A stretch of 64,000 bases of DNA from Minisyncoccia bacterium (GCA_050008535.1 JBEKML010000002.1:148881-212880), one strand, 5' to 3'. Shown: positions 18,172 to 27,799, counted from the stretch's first letter. Notes: generated by a model not told the origin, from the letters alone. A program made the numbers and translations.

Positions 18172-19329
18172 ATGTTGATTGGAGGAATATCGCCCGCGCG
18201 CATCGCGGAAAAATTCGGGTCGCCTTTGTATGTGTATGACGGCGACGCTATTCGAAAAAAGTGCAAAGAGTTAAAGAAAAGCTTTCCGGGGATGAATCTG
18301 TATTATGCCTGCAAAGCGAACACGAACCCCGAGGTCATAAAAATAATTTTTAGCGAAGGTTTTGGGATTGAAACCGTAAGCCCGGGAGAGATCAGGGTTG
18401 CAAGGAAAGCGGGCGTACCGGCTTCAAAAATAACCTTTACGTGCGGGAGCATTGATGAGGGCGAGCTTGTGGCGGTCGCAAAGCAAAATATCCGCATTTA
18501 CCTTGACTCTTTGCATCAGGTGGAGATTTTCGGAAAACATTTTCCCGGAAAAGAAATCTCGGTGCGGCTGAATCAGGGGATCGGGGCCGGTCACCACGCG
18601 CACGTCGTGACCGGTGGGCCTGATAGTAAGTTCGGCATCGATAGAGCCCACATTGTGCAGCTCAAGAAACTGGCTAAGAAATATCGATTGCGCATAACGG
18701 GGCTTCATCAGCACATCGGATCAAATATTCTGGATATACCCATCTTTTTAAAGGCCATGAGTGCTTTGTTTGATACGGCCTTTCAGTTTCCCGGTCTTGC
18801 CCATCTTGATTTTGGCGGGGGACTCGGGGTTCCTTATAAGCCCGGTGAGCATGCATTGAATATGAAAATGCTCGGGCAGAAAGTGAAAAGCGTAACTTCG
18901 CATTTTATGAAGCGGTACGGGAAGTCCGTCGAAATGTCATTTGAACCGGGCAGGTATCTTGTCGCCCAAGCCGGGCATCTGATCGTTCAGGTGAACGATA
19001 TAAAACGCAATCCGACGAAAACGTTTGTCGGCGTAAATTCCGGTTTTAACCATCTTATTCGTCCGGCAATGTACGGATCGTACCATGAGATCGTGAACGT
19101 GACGCATCCCAAAAACAAACGCGAAAAAGTCACGGTCGCCGGAAATTTATGCGAGTCAGGGGACATATTTGCGCGGGATCGCATACTCCCGGCTCCGGAA
19201 TTGGGAGATATTCTTGTCGTTAAAAACGCGGGCGCATACGGCTACACTATGAGTTCCGATTATAATCTACGCCCCAAGCCCCGCGAGATTCTTATTTCAA
19301 AAAATAAAACCAAAATGATCCGAAAATGA
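18172..19329 (+). CDS. lysA: Diaminopimelate decarboxylase
   Basis: YACKAN PLP lysine, SKFGI, HIGS, EPGR, RPAMY and CESGD motifs. Confidence 0.9.
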   Translation: MLIGGISPARIAEKFGSPLYVYDGDAIRKKCKELKKSFPGMNLYYACKANTNPEVIKIIFSEGFGIETVSPGEIRVARKAGVPASKITFTCGSIDEGELVAVAKQNIRIYLDSLHQVEIFGKHFPGKEISVRLNQGIGAGHHAHVVTGGPDSKFGIDRAHIVQLKKLAKKYRLRITGLHQHIGSNILDIPIFLKAMSALFDTAFQFPGLAHLDFGGGLGVPYKPGEHALNMKMLGQKVKSVTSHFMKRYGKSVEMSFEPGRYLVAQAGHLIVQVNDIKRNPTKTFVGVNSGFNHLIRPAMYGSYHEIVNVTHPKNKREKVTVAGNLCESGDIFARDRILPAPELGDILVVKNAGAYGYTMSSDYNLRPKPREILISKNKTKMIRK

Positions 19330-19365
19330 TTAGTTGCAGGGCCACGATATGTTATAATTAAGCCT

Positions 19366-19785
19366 ATGAATAAATTCATATGGGAGGACAAATATAGCGT
19401 GGGCATTTCCTCGCTTGACGAGCAACACAAACATTTCTTTGAAATCGCCGACGACATTGTTGATTTGCTCGGGCGCGGAGATTTCAATAAAGATGAGCTT
19501 TCCGCGCTGATAGTGAAATTGGCGAATCATGCTTTTGTCCACCTTAAAACAGAGGAAGATTATTTCGACAACCTTCATTATTTAAGCGCACCCCTTCATG
19601 TTGAAGCACACAAATTGTACAGAAAGAAAGTTGAGGATTATCTTCAGATGATACAAAGCCCGAACGCGGACATTAAAACGCTTGCCGACGAAGTCGCTAC
19701 TTTCGCAATATATTGGCTTTCAGACCATATTCTACTCATGGACAAGCAATATACGGTTTTTTTCAAAGAACACGGAGTTAAGTAA
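19366..19785 (+). CDS. Bacteriohemerythrin
   Basis: W...YSVG...LD.QH, H...EE, H...H and WL..HI...D iron ligands. Confidence 0.85.
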   Translation: MNKFIWEDKYSVGISSLDEQHKHFFEIADDIVDLLGRGDFNKDELSALIVKLANHAFVHLKTEEDYFDNLHYLSAPLHVEAHKLYRKKVEDYLQMIQSPNADIKTLADEVATFAIYWLSDHILLMDKQYTVFFKEHGVK

Positions 19786-19790
19786 GATTA

Positions 19791-20456
19791 ATGAACTATA
19801 AGCGGGTTGTTTTGATGATCGTGGTGGTTATCGCTGGAATCGCGGGATATATGTTGTTCGCGCAAAAAGCGCCAACCCAAACCTCCCCAGTTCCAAGCGA
19901 AACATATGGCATGAGCCAATATACCGACCCGATATACGGTTTCTCGTTTTGGTACCCAAGTGCATTGCGGGTAACGGCGACAACCACAGATAACGACGTG
20001 AATTTTCCGGGAGGCGTTGCTGTGGAAACTTTGCAGGTCGGCCCCGTCGGAGGCACGTCGGTCGTTGTGGTGAATTCCCCGACAGGCTCCATAACCGATG
20101 AACCGGCAAATCACGCAAGCCCGATCAACCAGACAGAATATTTCTACGATAGTGCTTCGGGGCAATGGATGGTAGCTTTTCCACAAGGCACAAATGGCGA
20201 AGGCTCGAGCGCGACGACAACAGCAAATGTTTCCAAGACCACCATTTCCGGCTTGATCATGTTGCCGAGCGGGCGCCGCTTTGACACAACCATCATTCCC
20301 TTGAGCACGATGCGATTCCTGGTTGTGAGTGATGGAGGAGGGAGCGCCTTCACCTCCCAGTTAGCACGGACGGTTGCGCAAGCGGGCGCATTGATTGACC
20401 CTTCAATACAAGCGACTGCCCTGCAGGAAGAGGAAGCTGCGTACTCCAAGGAATAA
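19791..20456 (+). CDS. Secreted/membrane-anchored hypothetical protein
   Basis: N-terminal TM helix; Y.D..YGFSF.YP motif (PsbP-like start). Confidence 0.7.
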   Translation: MNYKRVVLMIVVVIAGIAGYMLFAQKAPTQTSPVPSETYGMSQYTDPIYGFSFWYPSALRVTATTTDNDVNFPGGVAVETLQVGPVGGTSVVVVNSPTGSITDEPANHASPINQTEYFYDSASGQWMVAFPQGTNGEGSSATTTANVSKTTISGLIMLPSGRRFDTTIIPLSTMRFLVVSDGGGSAFTSQLARTVAQAGALIDPSIQATALQEEEAAYSKE

Positions 20457-20570
20457 TGTGGCAAAGACCTGAAGCTGCAAATTCTCTGCCTGGTCTCCCC
20501 GTTAAAAGCGAAAGCGGCACGTCCCGTGGGATGGTGCCGCTAATCGATTCGGTCTTGTGCGCGGATGTCT

Positions 20571-21065
20571 TCAGAAAGCGACTCCGCACTGAAGCTCGGC
20601 GAAGTACGGGTTGGCGGTGGTCCGCTCGGCGAGCCATCGCGGCGCTTCGTCAATCCCACCAATGAGCATCAATTCGAGGAGAAGCATCGCTACTTCATCC
20701 TGTTCTTCCTTGGAGCCAGAGGAGAAGGACAAGATGAATTTCCTCCCTCGAATTGCGCTGCCGTAGCGCTTCGGCACGGCGTCCATATCGCGGTTCTCGA
20801 ACGAGGTGAAGTGAAGGGGATTCTCCGCGAGCCGCCTAGCCTTTTCGAGGGCGAATCCCATGCACGCTTCGTGCTCTTCGATGGTGATGCATCCGAACAC
20901 GCAGGTGAGCAGGGGAAGCCCGGTTGAGTTGTCGGCGACACAGAGAACGCCACCGTGTTGATGACCCTCGTATCCGGGGAAACATTCGAGGATCAGTCCC
21001 GCAAGTTCCAGAACTCGCATGAGTTCCTCTGTATTGATTGTCGGCGGGCCAGCAATCAGTGCCAT
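20571..21065 (-). CDS. Hypothetical protein, possibly GlcG/HbpS-like fold
   Basis: SD AAAGGAGG; A.EKA and S.G....DE pattern; fold call is tentative. Confidence 0.55.
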   Translation of the reverse strand: MALIAGPPTINTEELMRVLELAGLILECFPGYEGHQHGGVLCVADNSTGLPLLTCVFGCITIEEHEACMGFALEKARRLAENPLHFTSFENRDMDAVPKRYGSAIRGRKFILSFSSGSKEEQDEVAMLLLELMLIGGIDEAPRWLAERTTANPYFAELQCGVAF

Positions 21066-21118
21066 GGCTGCGCCTCCTTTCAGAACTACTGAAGATAGGA
21101 TAGCACAAAACTTACTGT

Positions 21119-21235
21119 AAACACCTGAAGTTGCGATTTGCTGAATCGTAAACTCAGGTGTTTGGGGTGGTGCTACGCATACTGCGTTCCTGCCCCTTGC
21201 GCCTACCCGGCATCGTCAGGGTAGGGATTTGAATA
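21119..21235. repeat. 117-bp three-hairpin direct repeat, copy 1
   Basis: 112/117 identical to 22486-22602. Confidence 0.95.
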
Positions 21236-21260
21236 TTGGTTGTTGCTCACGCGGGGTGAT

Positions 21261-22070
21261 TTATTCCGGCTGGAATTCGAACGAGCAGGACAGCCGGAGG
21301 TGTTCCTGATGCGAAAGGTACGTGCCGTTCGGCGTCCCGAAGAGGAGGCCGTCGCCCATCGTCGGCTCGACGCAGAAGTACTCCGGGCTGTCGGACCAGG
21401 CCACGGCTTGCCTGTAGCCATGCTCCAACTTCATGACGACTTTCCCTATGCCGTTCAGACGGATGCCGATGACGGGTCCCGTTGTGAGAACCTCCGCCGA
21501 CATCGGATGAAATTCGCGACGTCCATCAGGGAACTCCACGCACCCGCCATTCGGGGTATTGAAGAACGAGTGCAATGCGCAGCACACCGGCATGCGTTTT
21601 CCCGGGATGAACGACGTGCACACCAGGTCGGTTTCGTAGCGGAAGCCGTTCGGCAACGCTGCGATCTCGATTGAGCCGTAGAGATTCCATGGGAACGCAT
21701 TCCTGCTCCCGGGAATCTCGAATCTCATCGAGGCACCACCGTGGGTTTGCCGGTTCGGATTGGGATCTTTGAGCAGGATGCCGGAGCAGAGCGTGTTGCG
21801 CAAAGGTCCGTGTTGGGGGAGCCCGTAGCTCGCGACCGTATCAGGCAGGACCCCGAGGTTCGGCAGGCATTGGTGCATCCCGCCGCTGATTCTGAGCTTA
21901 TTCCCGGCGAGAGCGTTTCCTCGCGGAAAGAAGACCTCCGTGTTGCCGTGCTGCCATCGCTCGACATTGCCTCCCACCGGGGAGACAACAAGCATGGTCT
22001 TCTCGTTTTGTAGGAGCAAGTTTGTACCGCCTTTCTGTTTGCGAATGACTCTAAAGATGTTATAGAACAA
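21261..22070 (-). CDS. Aldose 1-epimerase / galactose mutarotase-like protein (true start may be further downstream)
   Basis: GG.H.C.PN.G, QHG..R, FPW, LHSFF and FCVEP motifs. Confidence 0.75.
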   Translation of the reverse strand: MFYNIFRVIRKQKGGTNLLLQNEKTMLVVSPVGGNVERWQHGNTEVFFPRGNALAGNKLRISGGMHQCLPNLGVLPDTVASYGLPQHGPLRNTLCSGILLKDPNPNRQTHGGASMRFEIPGSRNAFPWNLYGSIEIAALPNGFRYETDLVCTSFIPGKRMPVCCALHSFFNTPNGGCVEFPDGRREFHPMSAEVLTTGPVIGIRLNGIGKVVMKLEHGYRQAVAWSDSPEYFCVEPTMGDGLLFGTPNGTYLSHQEHLRLSCSFEFQPE

Positions 22071-22232
22071 AAGGCTGTTTGTTTCAAGTTTAGGTCTGAT
22101 TGAGAAATAAAAAAGGGAACGGGGCGAAACGGAAATCCGCCTCGCCCCGATTTGCCTTAGAGACCGCGCGCGCCGGGCGGTCTCGGGCTGATGGAAAGCC
22201 CAATGCCGATGTTCCGTCGATGGCTCGTTCTC

Positions 22233-22352
22233 TCAGCCGCGGAGGATTGCCCCTAGGATCGTGAGCGCGATTGCGAGCAACCCGCCGAGGGCAAGTTTTC
22301 CAGCAGGACTGATCTGCGGGCCACTTAAGTACTGGGGTCGCGGTTGTATCAT
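22233..22352 (-). CDS. Unannotated 39-aa single-TM peptide
   Basis: MIQPRPQYLSGPQISPAGKLALGGLLAIALTILGAILRG; SD GAGGGGG; promoter upstream; hairpins and U tract downstream. Confidence 0.55.
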   Translation of the reverse strand: MIQPRPQYLSGPQISPAGKLALGGLLAIALTILGAILRG

Positions 22353-22371
22353 GTCTTCCCCCTCTGATTAA

Positions 22372-22400
22372 ATCATACCACAGAACGTGCGTTAAATCAA
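22372..22400 (-). promoter_or_regulatory. sigma70 promoter for the 39-aa ORF
   Basis: TTGATT-17 nt-TATGAT with extended -10 TG. Confidence 0.6.
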
Positions 22401-22444
22401 CTTTAACTTTTTCTTCGTGAAAAGCGTGTGCCAAACTATTGTTG

Positions 22445-22479
22445 GCTGGCTGGCTTGAGCGATGTTCGAACGATTTTGA
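22445..22479 (-). mobile_element. Hybrid att-like site Q1 (shared arm plus degenerate tRNA-Gln 3' end)
   Basis: Minus strand TCAAAATCGTTCGAACATCG CTCAAGCCAGCCAGC. The arm is 19/20 identical to 39964-39983 and the tail is 11/15 identical to the tRNA-Gln 3' end. Confidence 0.65.
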
Positions 22480-22485
22480 AACTAA

Positions 22486-22602
22486 AAACACCTGAAATTG
22501 CGATTTGCTAGATCGTAAACTCAGGTGTTTGGGGTGGTGCTACGCATACTGCGTTCCTGCCCCTCGCGCCTACCCGGCATCGTCAGGGTAGGGATTCGAA
22601 TA
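22486..22602. repeat. 117-bp three-hairpin direct repeat, copy 2
   Basis: 112/117 identical to 21119-21235; abuts the stop codon of the ice-binding gene. Confidence 0.95.
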
Positions 22603-22603
22603 C

Positions 22604-23386
22604 TTACGCCATCTGCTTCCGGCTGTGCAACCTGTACGCAAGGCCGAGGAGCCCAATGACGAGGAGTGCGGTGTTTGGCTCGGGAATAGTACCGCCGCCG
22701 GTCGTTGCTTCGCAACCCGACACGACATTCGTATCCATCGTCACGGCGCCGTTGCGCGCCAGGGCTCTACCGCACGGAATGTTCGCGCCGGTGTTCAACG
22801 TGATACTCGTGAGCGCCAGGATATTTCCTGCGAAATTGGTGTGGGTCCCGAGAGTTGCCGAACTACCCACCAGCCAAAAGAGGTTACCGCCCGTGCCACC
22901 GTCGGCAAAAAGAACAGACGCGCCACTTGCGGTCGTGAGCGTGCTCCCCATCCGGAAAAGGAAGACCGCATTCGGATCACCCTCGGCGTCGAGCGTGAGC
23001 GTTCCAGTCAACTGAGCCGACGACGCAAAGCAATAGACTCCTGGCGTGAGCGTCATGCCGCCAAGGTCTTGACCGGTCAAGGCGCTCGAGCACTCTTCAC
23101 CTGCGGCAAAATTGTATGCCGAGGTCAGATCGCTCTGGGCCTGCCTCGCGACGTTATCCGCGGAGTGTATCGTTCCTCCGCTCACAATCCCAGGAGGAAA
23201 TCCTGTGATTGCGGTACCCAGCCATACCCCCAGATTTCCATTGATGCTGGTCGCGCCGGTATTGGTCACTGTTGATCCGCCGAGAACAGCAAAAGAGTCC
23301 GCTGTCCCAAGATCGACGTTGATAGCGCCAGCATAAACGCCTGCTGGCAGCAAAAACGAGAGAATCACCAAGCAAATGCCACGCAT
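22604..23386 (-). CDS. Ice-binding-family (DUF3494) protein with PEP-CTERM-like tail
   Basis: LGTA.SFAVLGGSTVTNTG, TLTPGVY, FWLVGSSATLG and GRALARNGAVTMDTN motifs; signal peptide; C terminus IPEP, TM helix, basic tail. Confidence 0.88.
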   Translation of the reverse strand: MRGICLVILSFLLPAGVYAGAINVDLGTADSFAVLGGSTVTNTGATSINGNLGVWLGTAITGFPPGIVSGGTIHSADNVARQAQSDLTSAYNFAAGEECSSALTGQDLGGMTLTPGVYCFASSAQLTGTLTLDAEGDPNAVFLFRMGSTLTTASGASVLFADGGTGGNLFWLVGSSATLGTHTNFAGNILALTSITLNTGANIPCGRALARNGAVTMDTNVVSGCEATTGGGTIPEPNTALLVIGLLGLAYRLHSRKQMA

Positions 23387-23617
23387 ACTTTCCACCCTCA
23401 GCTCCCATCTCAACGTCCCATCCTACTGCGTAAAATACTCGGGGATTTCCGGGGAGCAAACTGATTACGTTTTTTCATAAGCAGTTCTCTCCCCAGAATC
23501 TATTCATGATTCAATGTTCCATTTTATTTCTACCATAATTTTTGCAATTTCGTCAAATATCGCTTCGCGAGTTCAAGCTTGAAATGCAACACGGGTTAGT
23601 TCACAGAAGAGGCGATG

Positions 23618-23688
23618 CTGCCGGGCTTGGATTCGAACCAAGATGACATGATTCAGAGTCATGGATCCTACCATTAGATGACCCGGCA
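23618..23688 (-). tRNA. tRNA-Gln(CTG)
   Basis: TGCCGGG...CATGA CT CTG AA TCATG...CTTGG TTCGAAT CCAAG CCCGGCA G; no encoded CCA. Confidence 0.95.
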
Positions 23689-23761
23689 ATTTAGCGTAGC
23701 AGTTACTATTATAGGGATTCTGCGGATTTTATCAATCCTGATAGTGGTATAATAAACGCAT

Positions 23762-24994
23762 ATGGCCGACAAATCATTTTTGAAAGCGGAGATTGAAAAG
23801 GTTTTGGCGCAGCCAGCGGAAAAGATCTCCGTCGTGCAGCTCGTGGACCTTTTTGTGGAATATGCGTATTTGTTGCGGGCGTCGGACGTGCACATCCAAC
23901 CCGAGGAAAAAATAGTCCGCATTCGTTTTCGCATTGACGGGGTTTTGCACGACGTTTTTGAAAAGATCGGCATCAATAAGACGGTCCACACTGAAATGAT
24001 CAGCCGCATTAAAGTTCTCACGGGTCTGCGTACGGATGAGCACCTGACGCCGCAGGACGGGAGGTTCAAGGTGGGGACGAAGGACTTCGGCGATCTAAAC
24101 GTCCGGGTTTCCATCATCCCCACTTATCATGGCGAGAACGCGATCCTCCGGATCCTTGCGGAAACGCAGCAGTTTACGGTGGAGACGCTCGGATTTGCGC
24201 CCGCCGACCTTAAAAAATTGCAGAATGCGATCGGGAAACCGTACGGCATGATCTTAGCGAATGGGCCGACCGGGTCAGGGAAAACGACCACCCTTTATAC
24301 GATTTTGCGGCAACTGAACGAACCGGGCGTTTCCATTATCACGATTGAGGATCCGATCGAATATGCGCTGGACGGCACGACGCAGATCCAAACAAACATG
24401 GACACGGGACTTACCTTTGCGAGCGGACTGCGGTCCATTTTGCGGCAGGACCCGAATATCATCATGGTCGGCGAGATCCGCGACGAAGAAACCGCAGCGA
24501 TTGCAGTGAACGCGGCACTCACCGGGCACCTCATGCTTTCCACGCTCCACACGAATGACGCCGCCACCACCTTCCCGCGGCTCCTTGATATGGGAGTGCC
24601 GCCGTTTCTCGTCGCCTCAACGGTGAATCTTGTGATCGGGCAGCGGCTGATACGGAAGCTGTGCGAACACTGCAAGATCGAGCGGAAATTGACCGCGGAC
24701 GAATTCAAAGGCCTGAAGGAAATCATCCCCGAAGTTGACGAAAAGATGCACTTCCACGCCGCAAAGGGATGCGATATCTGCCACCAGAGCGGTTACGAAA
24801 GCCGGGTTGCGGTGCGCGAGATCATTGAAGTGAAAGATGATATTCGCGAACTCATCACGAACCGGGCGAGCGCCCAGGCGATCAAAGAAGCGGCGATCCG
24901 CGGGGGGATGACGACGATGATCCGCCAGGCGCTCATCAAGGCCTCGGAAGGGCAGACGAGTATCGAAGAGATACTCCGCGTCGTCAATGAGTAG
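23762..24994 (+). CDS. pilB: Type IV pilus assembly ATPase (PilB/GspE family)
   Basis: ASDVHIQP, GPTGSGKTTTLY, EDPIEY, LRQDPNIIMVGEIRD and STLHTN motifs. Confidence 0.9.
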   Translation: MADKSFLKAEIEKVLAQPAEKISVVQLVDLFVEYAYLLRASDVHIQPEEKIVRIRFRIDGVLHDVFEKIGINKTVHTEMISRIKVLTGLRTDEHLTPQDGRFKVGTKDFGDLNVRVSIIPTYHGENAILRILAETQQFTVETLGFAPADLKKLQNAIGKPYGMILANGPTGSGKTTTLYTILRQLNEPGVSIITIEDPIEYALDGTTQIQTNMDTGLTFASGLRSILRQDPNIIMVGEIRDEETAAIAVNAALTGHLMLSTLHTNDAATTFPRLLDMGVPPFLVASTVNLVIGQRLIRKLCEHCKIERKLTADEFKGLKEIIPEVDEKMHFHAAKGCDICHQSGYESRVAVREIIEVKDDIRELITNRASAQAIKEAAIRGGMTTMIRQALIKASEGQTSIEEILRVVNE

Positions 24995-26072
24995 CAACAA
25001 ACCGCCGGGAATTTTTTCCAAGCTTTTTGATCGGATCTCCGTCCAGGACCGGATCAATTTTGCGCGGCACCTTTCGCTTGTCGTCAAAGCCGGGCTGCCG
25101 GTATTTGAAGGATTGAAGATCATTGAAGAACAGACTGAGTCGCGGTTCTTGAAGCGCGTCCTTGAGAGTTTGATCCAGGACGTCAACGACGGAAAGTCCC
25201 TTGCCGACGGGCTTCAGAAATACGAGCATCTTTTCGGATCTTTTTTTATTAACATCGTGCGGGTGGGGGAGGCCTCCGGAACACTTTCAAAGAATTTGCT
25301 GTATCTTGCGGACGAGATGGGCCGCGAGAAGGCGCTGCAGACAAAAGTGCGGTCGGCGATGGTGTATCCGCTTGTCATCCTTACGATGACGATCGGGGTT
25401 GCGGGATTCCTTACCTTCTACGTTTTTCCGAAACTGGTCCCGGTCTTCGCCAGCATGAACGTGCAGCTTCCTGCGACGACGCAGGCCCTTTTGACAACAC
25501 TGAACTTTCTGCGCAGTTACGGCCTTTACACGCTCGGCGGATTGATCGTATTCATCATCATCACGCAGATCATCCTTAAGAAAGTAACGCCCGTGCGCTA
25601 TTTCTTCAACGAGCTTTTGATCTTTATCCCCGTCGTCGAAGACCTTACCGTGAACGTAAATATGGTGAATTTCACGCGGGTCCTTGCACTACTTCTGAAA
25701 AGCGGCACGAAGATCGTGGAAGCGCTCACTATTACGAAAAATACTTTTAGCAATCTTGTTTACGTACGCATCATTGGGAACGCGGCGGACGAGATCAAGA
25801 AAGGCGGGCAGCTCGGCGTTTACCTTGCAACGAAAAGGCGTTTTTTTCCGCCGCTTGTTTCGGGAATGGTGCGGATCGGAGAAAGCACGGGAAACCTTGA
25901 AGAAAATCTGGAGTATCTTGCCGGTTATTACGACGAGGAAGTGGACACCAAGCTTCACTCGCTCACTTCGCTTATCGAGCCCTTGATGCTCCTTTTCATG
26001 GGCTTGCTCGTCGGATTTGTCGCGCTCTCGATCATCACGCCGATCTATTCGATTGGGCAGGGCATCAAATGA
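24987..26072 (+). CDS. pilC: Type IV pilus platform protein (PilC/GspF family)
   Basis: GEASGTL, AMVYP, GESTGNL and LIEP motifs. Confidence 0.9.
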   Translation: MSSNKPPGIFSKLFDRISVQDRINFARHLSLVVKAGLPVFEGLKIIEEQTESRFLKRVLESLIQDVNDGKSLADGLQKYEHLFGSFFINIVRVGEASGTLSKNLLYLADEMGREKALQTKVRSAMVYPLVILTMTIGVAGFLTFYVFPKLVPVFASMNVQLPATTQALLTTLNFLRSYGLYTLGGLIVFIIITQIILKKVTPVRYFFNELLIFIPVVEDLTVNVNMVNFTRVLALLLKSGTKIVEALTITKNTFSNLVYVRIIGNAADEIKKGGQLGVYLATKRRFFPPLVSGMVRIGESTGNLEENLEYLAGYYDEEVDTKLHSLTSLIEPLMLLFMGLLVGFVALSIITPIYSIGQGIK

Positions 26073-27799
26073 AGCACCGCGGGACGAGCTTAATAGATCT
26101 TTTGATCAGCATGGCGATCGTCGCGGTGCTCTTCGGCGGCATTTATCTCGTCTATTTTTCCCTTGTTACCGCGATCACGAATATCGGCGTACGGACCGCG
26201 GCCGCAAGCGCGGTCCAGGCCGAGATCGAAACGATACGCAATTTGCCGTACGCGAGCGTGGGCACCGTAAACGGCATCCCGCCGGGCATCATCCCGCAAT
26301 CCCAGACGGTTTCTGAGGGTTCCTATTCGTTCACGCTTACAACCACCATGCGGAACATCGACGATCCTTTTGACGGTTCGGTGACCGGTACAGTGCCGGT
26401 GGATACCGCGCCGGCGGACTACAAACTGGTAGAAATAGAGGCGACCTGCCCGCTCTGCAACAATTTTACTTCGGTGAGCGTTACGACGACTGTTGCGCCG
26501 AAAAATTTGGAAAGCGCGACGCAAAACGGTTCGCTTTTCGTTTACGCGCTTGATGCGAATGGCAATCCGGTCGCGGACGCCACGGTCCAGGTAACGAATA
26601 CACTTGTCGCGCCCTCCATTAACCTTATTGATACGACGAACGCGAGCGGCGTATTGCAGCTCGTGGGAGTTCCTACGAGCACGCAGGGATATCAGATCAC
26701 CGTGACCAAACCCGGCTACTCCACCGACAAGACCTATCCCTACGGCGCGCCCGCGAACCCAAACCCCGTAAAGCCCCACGCGACGGTGGCCGCGCAGACG
26801 GTCACCGCCATCACCTTTTCGATCGACGCGTTAAGTTCGTTTACGGTGTCGGCCTCCAATAACCGTTGCGTGCCGATTGGCGGCGAATCGTTCTCCGTCC
26901 AAGGTACGAAGCTCGTCGGTACGAACCCGGACGTGCTCAAATTCTCTACGACATCGTTTACCAGCGCGACAGGATCTTTCGCGTTTCCCGCAATTGAATG
27001 GGGCACCTACGCGCTTCTTCCGAATGATGTGGCGAGGGACATCGTAGGGACGATTCCTTTGGGCCCATTCATTATCGATCCGAGCTCAACGGCCGGTTTT
27101 CGGTTCGTGATGCAGCTGGCGGCGGATCCATCTCTTCTTGTAACTGCGGTCAATAACGCATCCATCACTCTTACAAAGACCGGATTTTCGCAAACGCTTA
27201 CTGCGGGCCATGCGTTTGTGACGCAAGACGATTGGTCCGCAGGACAATATGCGGCGCAGAGCGGCGGGCTCAACACGGGTCCTCCCGAAAGGATCACGCT
27301 GCTCGTGAACGCTTCAGGAACCTACAACACCGGTACGAACGACTGGCTTATTTCAAACACCTTTGACCTGGGCGGTTCGAGCTCAACGTTCTATTCGGTT
27401 TCATGGGACCCCGTGTCGCAGCCGCCCGGCACAACCATTGGATTCCAAATTGCGGCGAACAACGACAATGCCACGTGGAACTTTATCGGTCCCGATGGCA
27501 CCTCGGGTACCACGTTCACAAGCGCTCCCGCATCCCTGCCCGCCTCCCTCGCCGGCAACCGCTACTTCCGCTATAAGGTTTTCCTGAACACGGCCGATGA
27601 GAATGTCGCGCCGGAAATTAATGATGTAACCGTTGAATTTTCGGCCAACTGCGTCCCGCCGGCACAGGCGCTTTTCACGAACCTTCCCCAGGGAACTTAT
27701 CTGGTTGATGCGACCGCGGAGAACTATGTGGAAGCAACGACGGCCGTGTCGGTCGGTCCGGGCGCCCAGGCGGTCCAAATTCCCCTTACACACTTATGA
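26069..27799 (+). CDS. Large minor pilin with Ig/carboxypeptidase-regulatory-like domains
   Basis: Prepilin-like RG|TSLIDLL plus hydrophobic helix; Thr/Ser-rich beta domains. Confidence 0.8.
   Translation: MKHRGTSLIDLLISMAIVAVLFGGIYLVYFSLVTAITNIGVRTAAASAVQAEIETIRNLPYASVGTVNGIPPGIIPQSQTVSEGSYSFTLTTTMRNIDDPFDGSVTGTVPVDTAPADYKLVEIEATCPLCNNFTSVSVTTTVAPKNLESATQNGSLFVYALDANGNPVADATVQVTNTLVAPSINLIDTTNASGVLQLVGVPTSTQGYQITVTKPGYSTDKTYPYGAPANPNPVKPHATVAAQTVTAITFSIDALSSFTVSASNNRCVPIGGESFSVQGTKLVGTNPDVLKFSTTSFTSATGSFAFPAIEWGTYALLPNDVARDIVGTIPLGPFIIDPSSTAGFRFVMQLAADPSLLVTAVNNASITLTKTGFSQTLTAGHAFVTQDDWSAGQYAAQSGGLNTGPPERITLLVNASGTYNTGTNDWLISNTFDLGGSSSTFYSVSWDPVSQPPGTTIGFQIAANNDNATWNFIGPDGTSGTTFTSAPASLPASLAGNRYFRYKVFLNTADENVAPEINDVTVEFSANCVPPAQALFTNLPQGTYLVDATAENYVEATTAVSVGPGAQAVQIPLTHL

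Noticed and set aside
20463-20483. Third degenerate copy of the 117-bp repeat (AAAGACCTGAAGCTGCAAATT)
   Set aside because: It matches 17/21 at the start and lies at a similar distance from a stop codon, but the rest does not align, so it is too weak to call.
22090-22491. 133-aa minus-strand ORF
   Set aside because: It runs through the att-like site, promoter and terminator hairpins; the 39-aa ORF with SD explains the region better.
21119-22602. Classical integron attC sites
   Set aside because: No RYYYAAC...GTTRRRY boundaries, three separate hairpins instead of one, and no IntI in the window.
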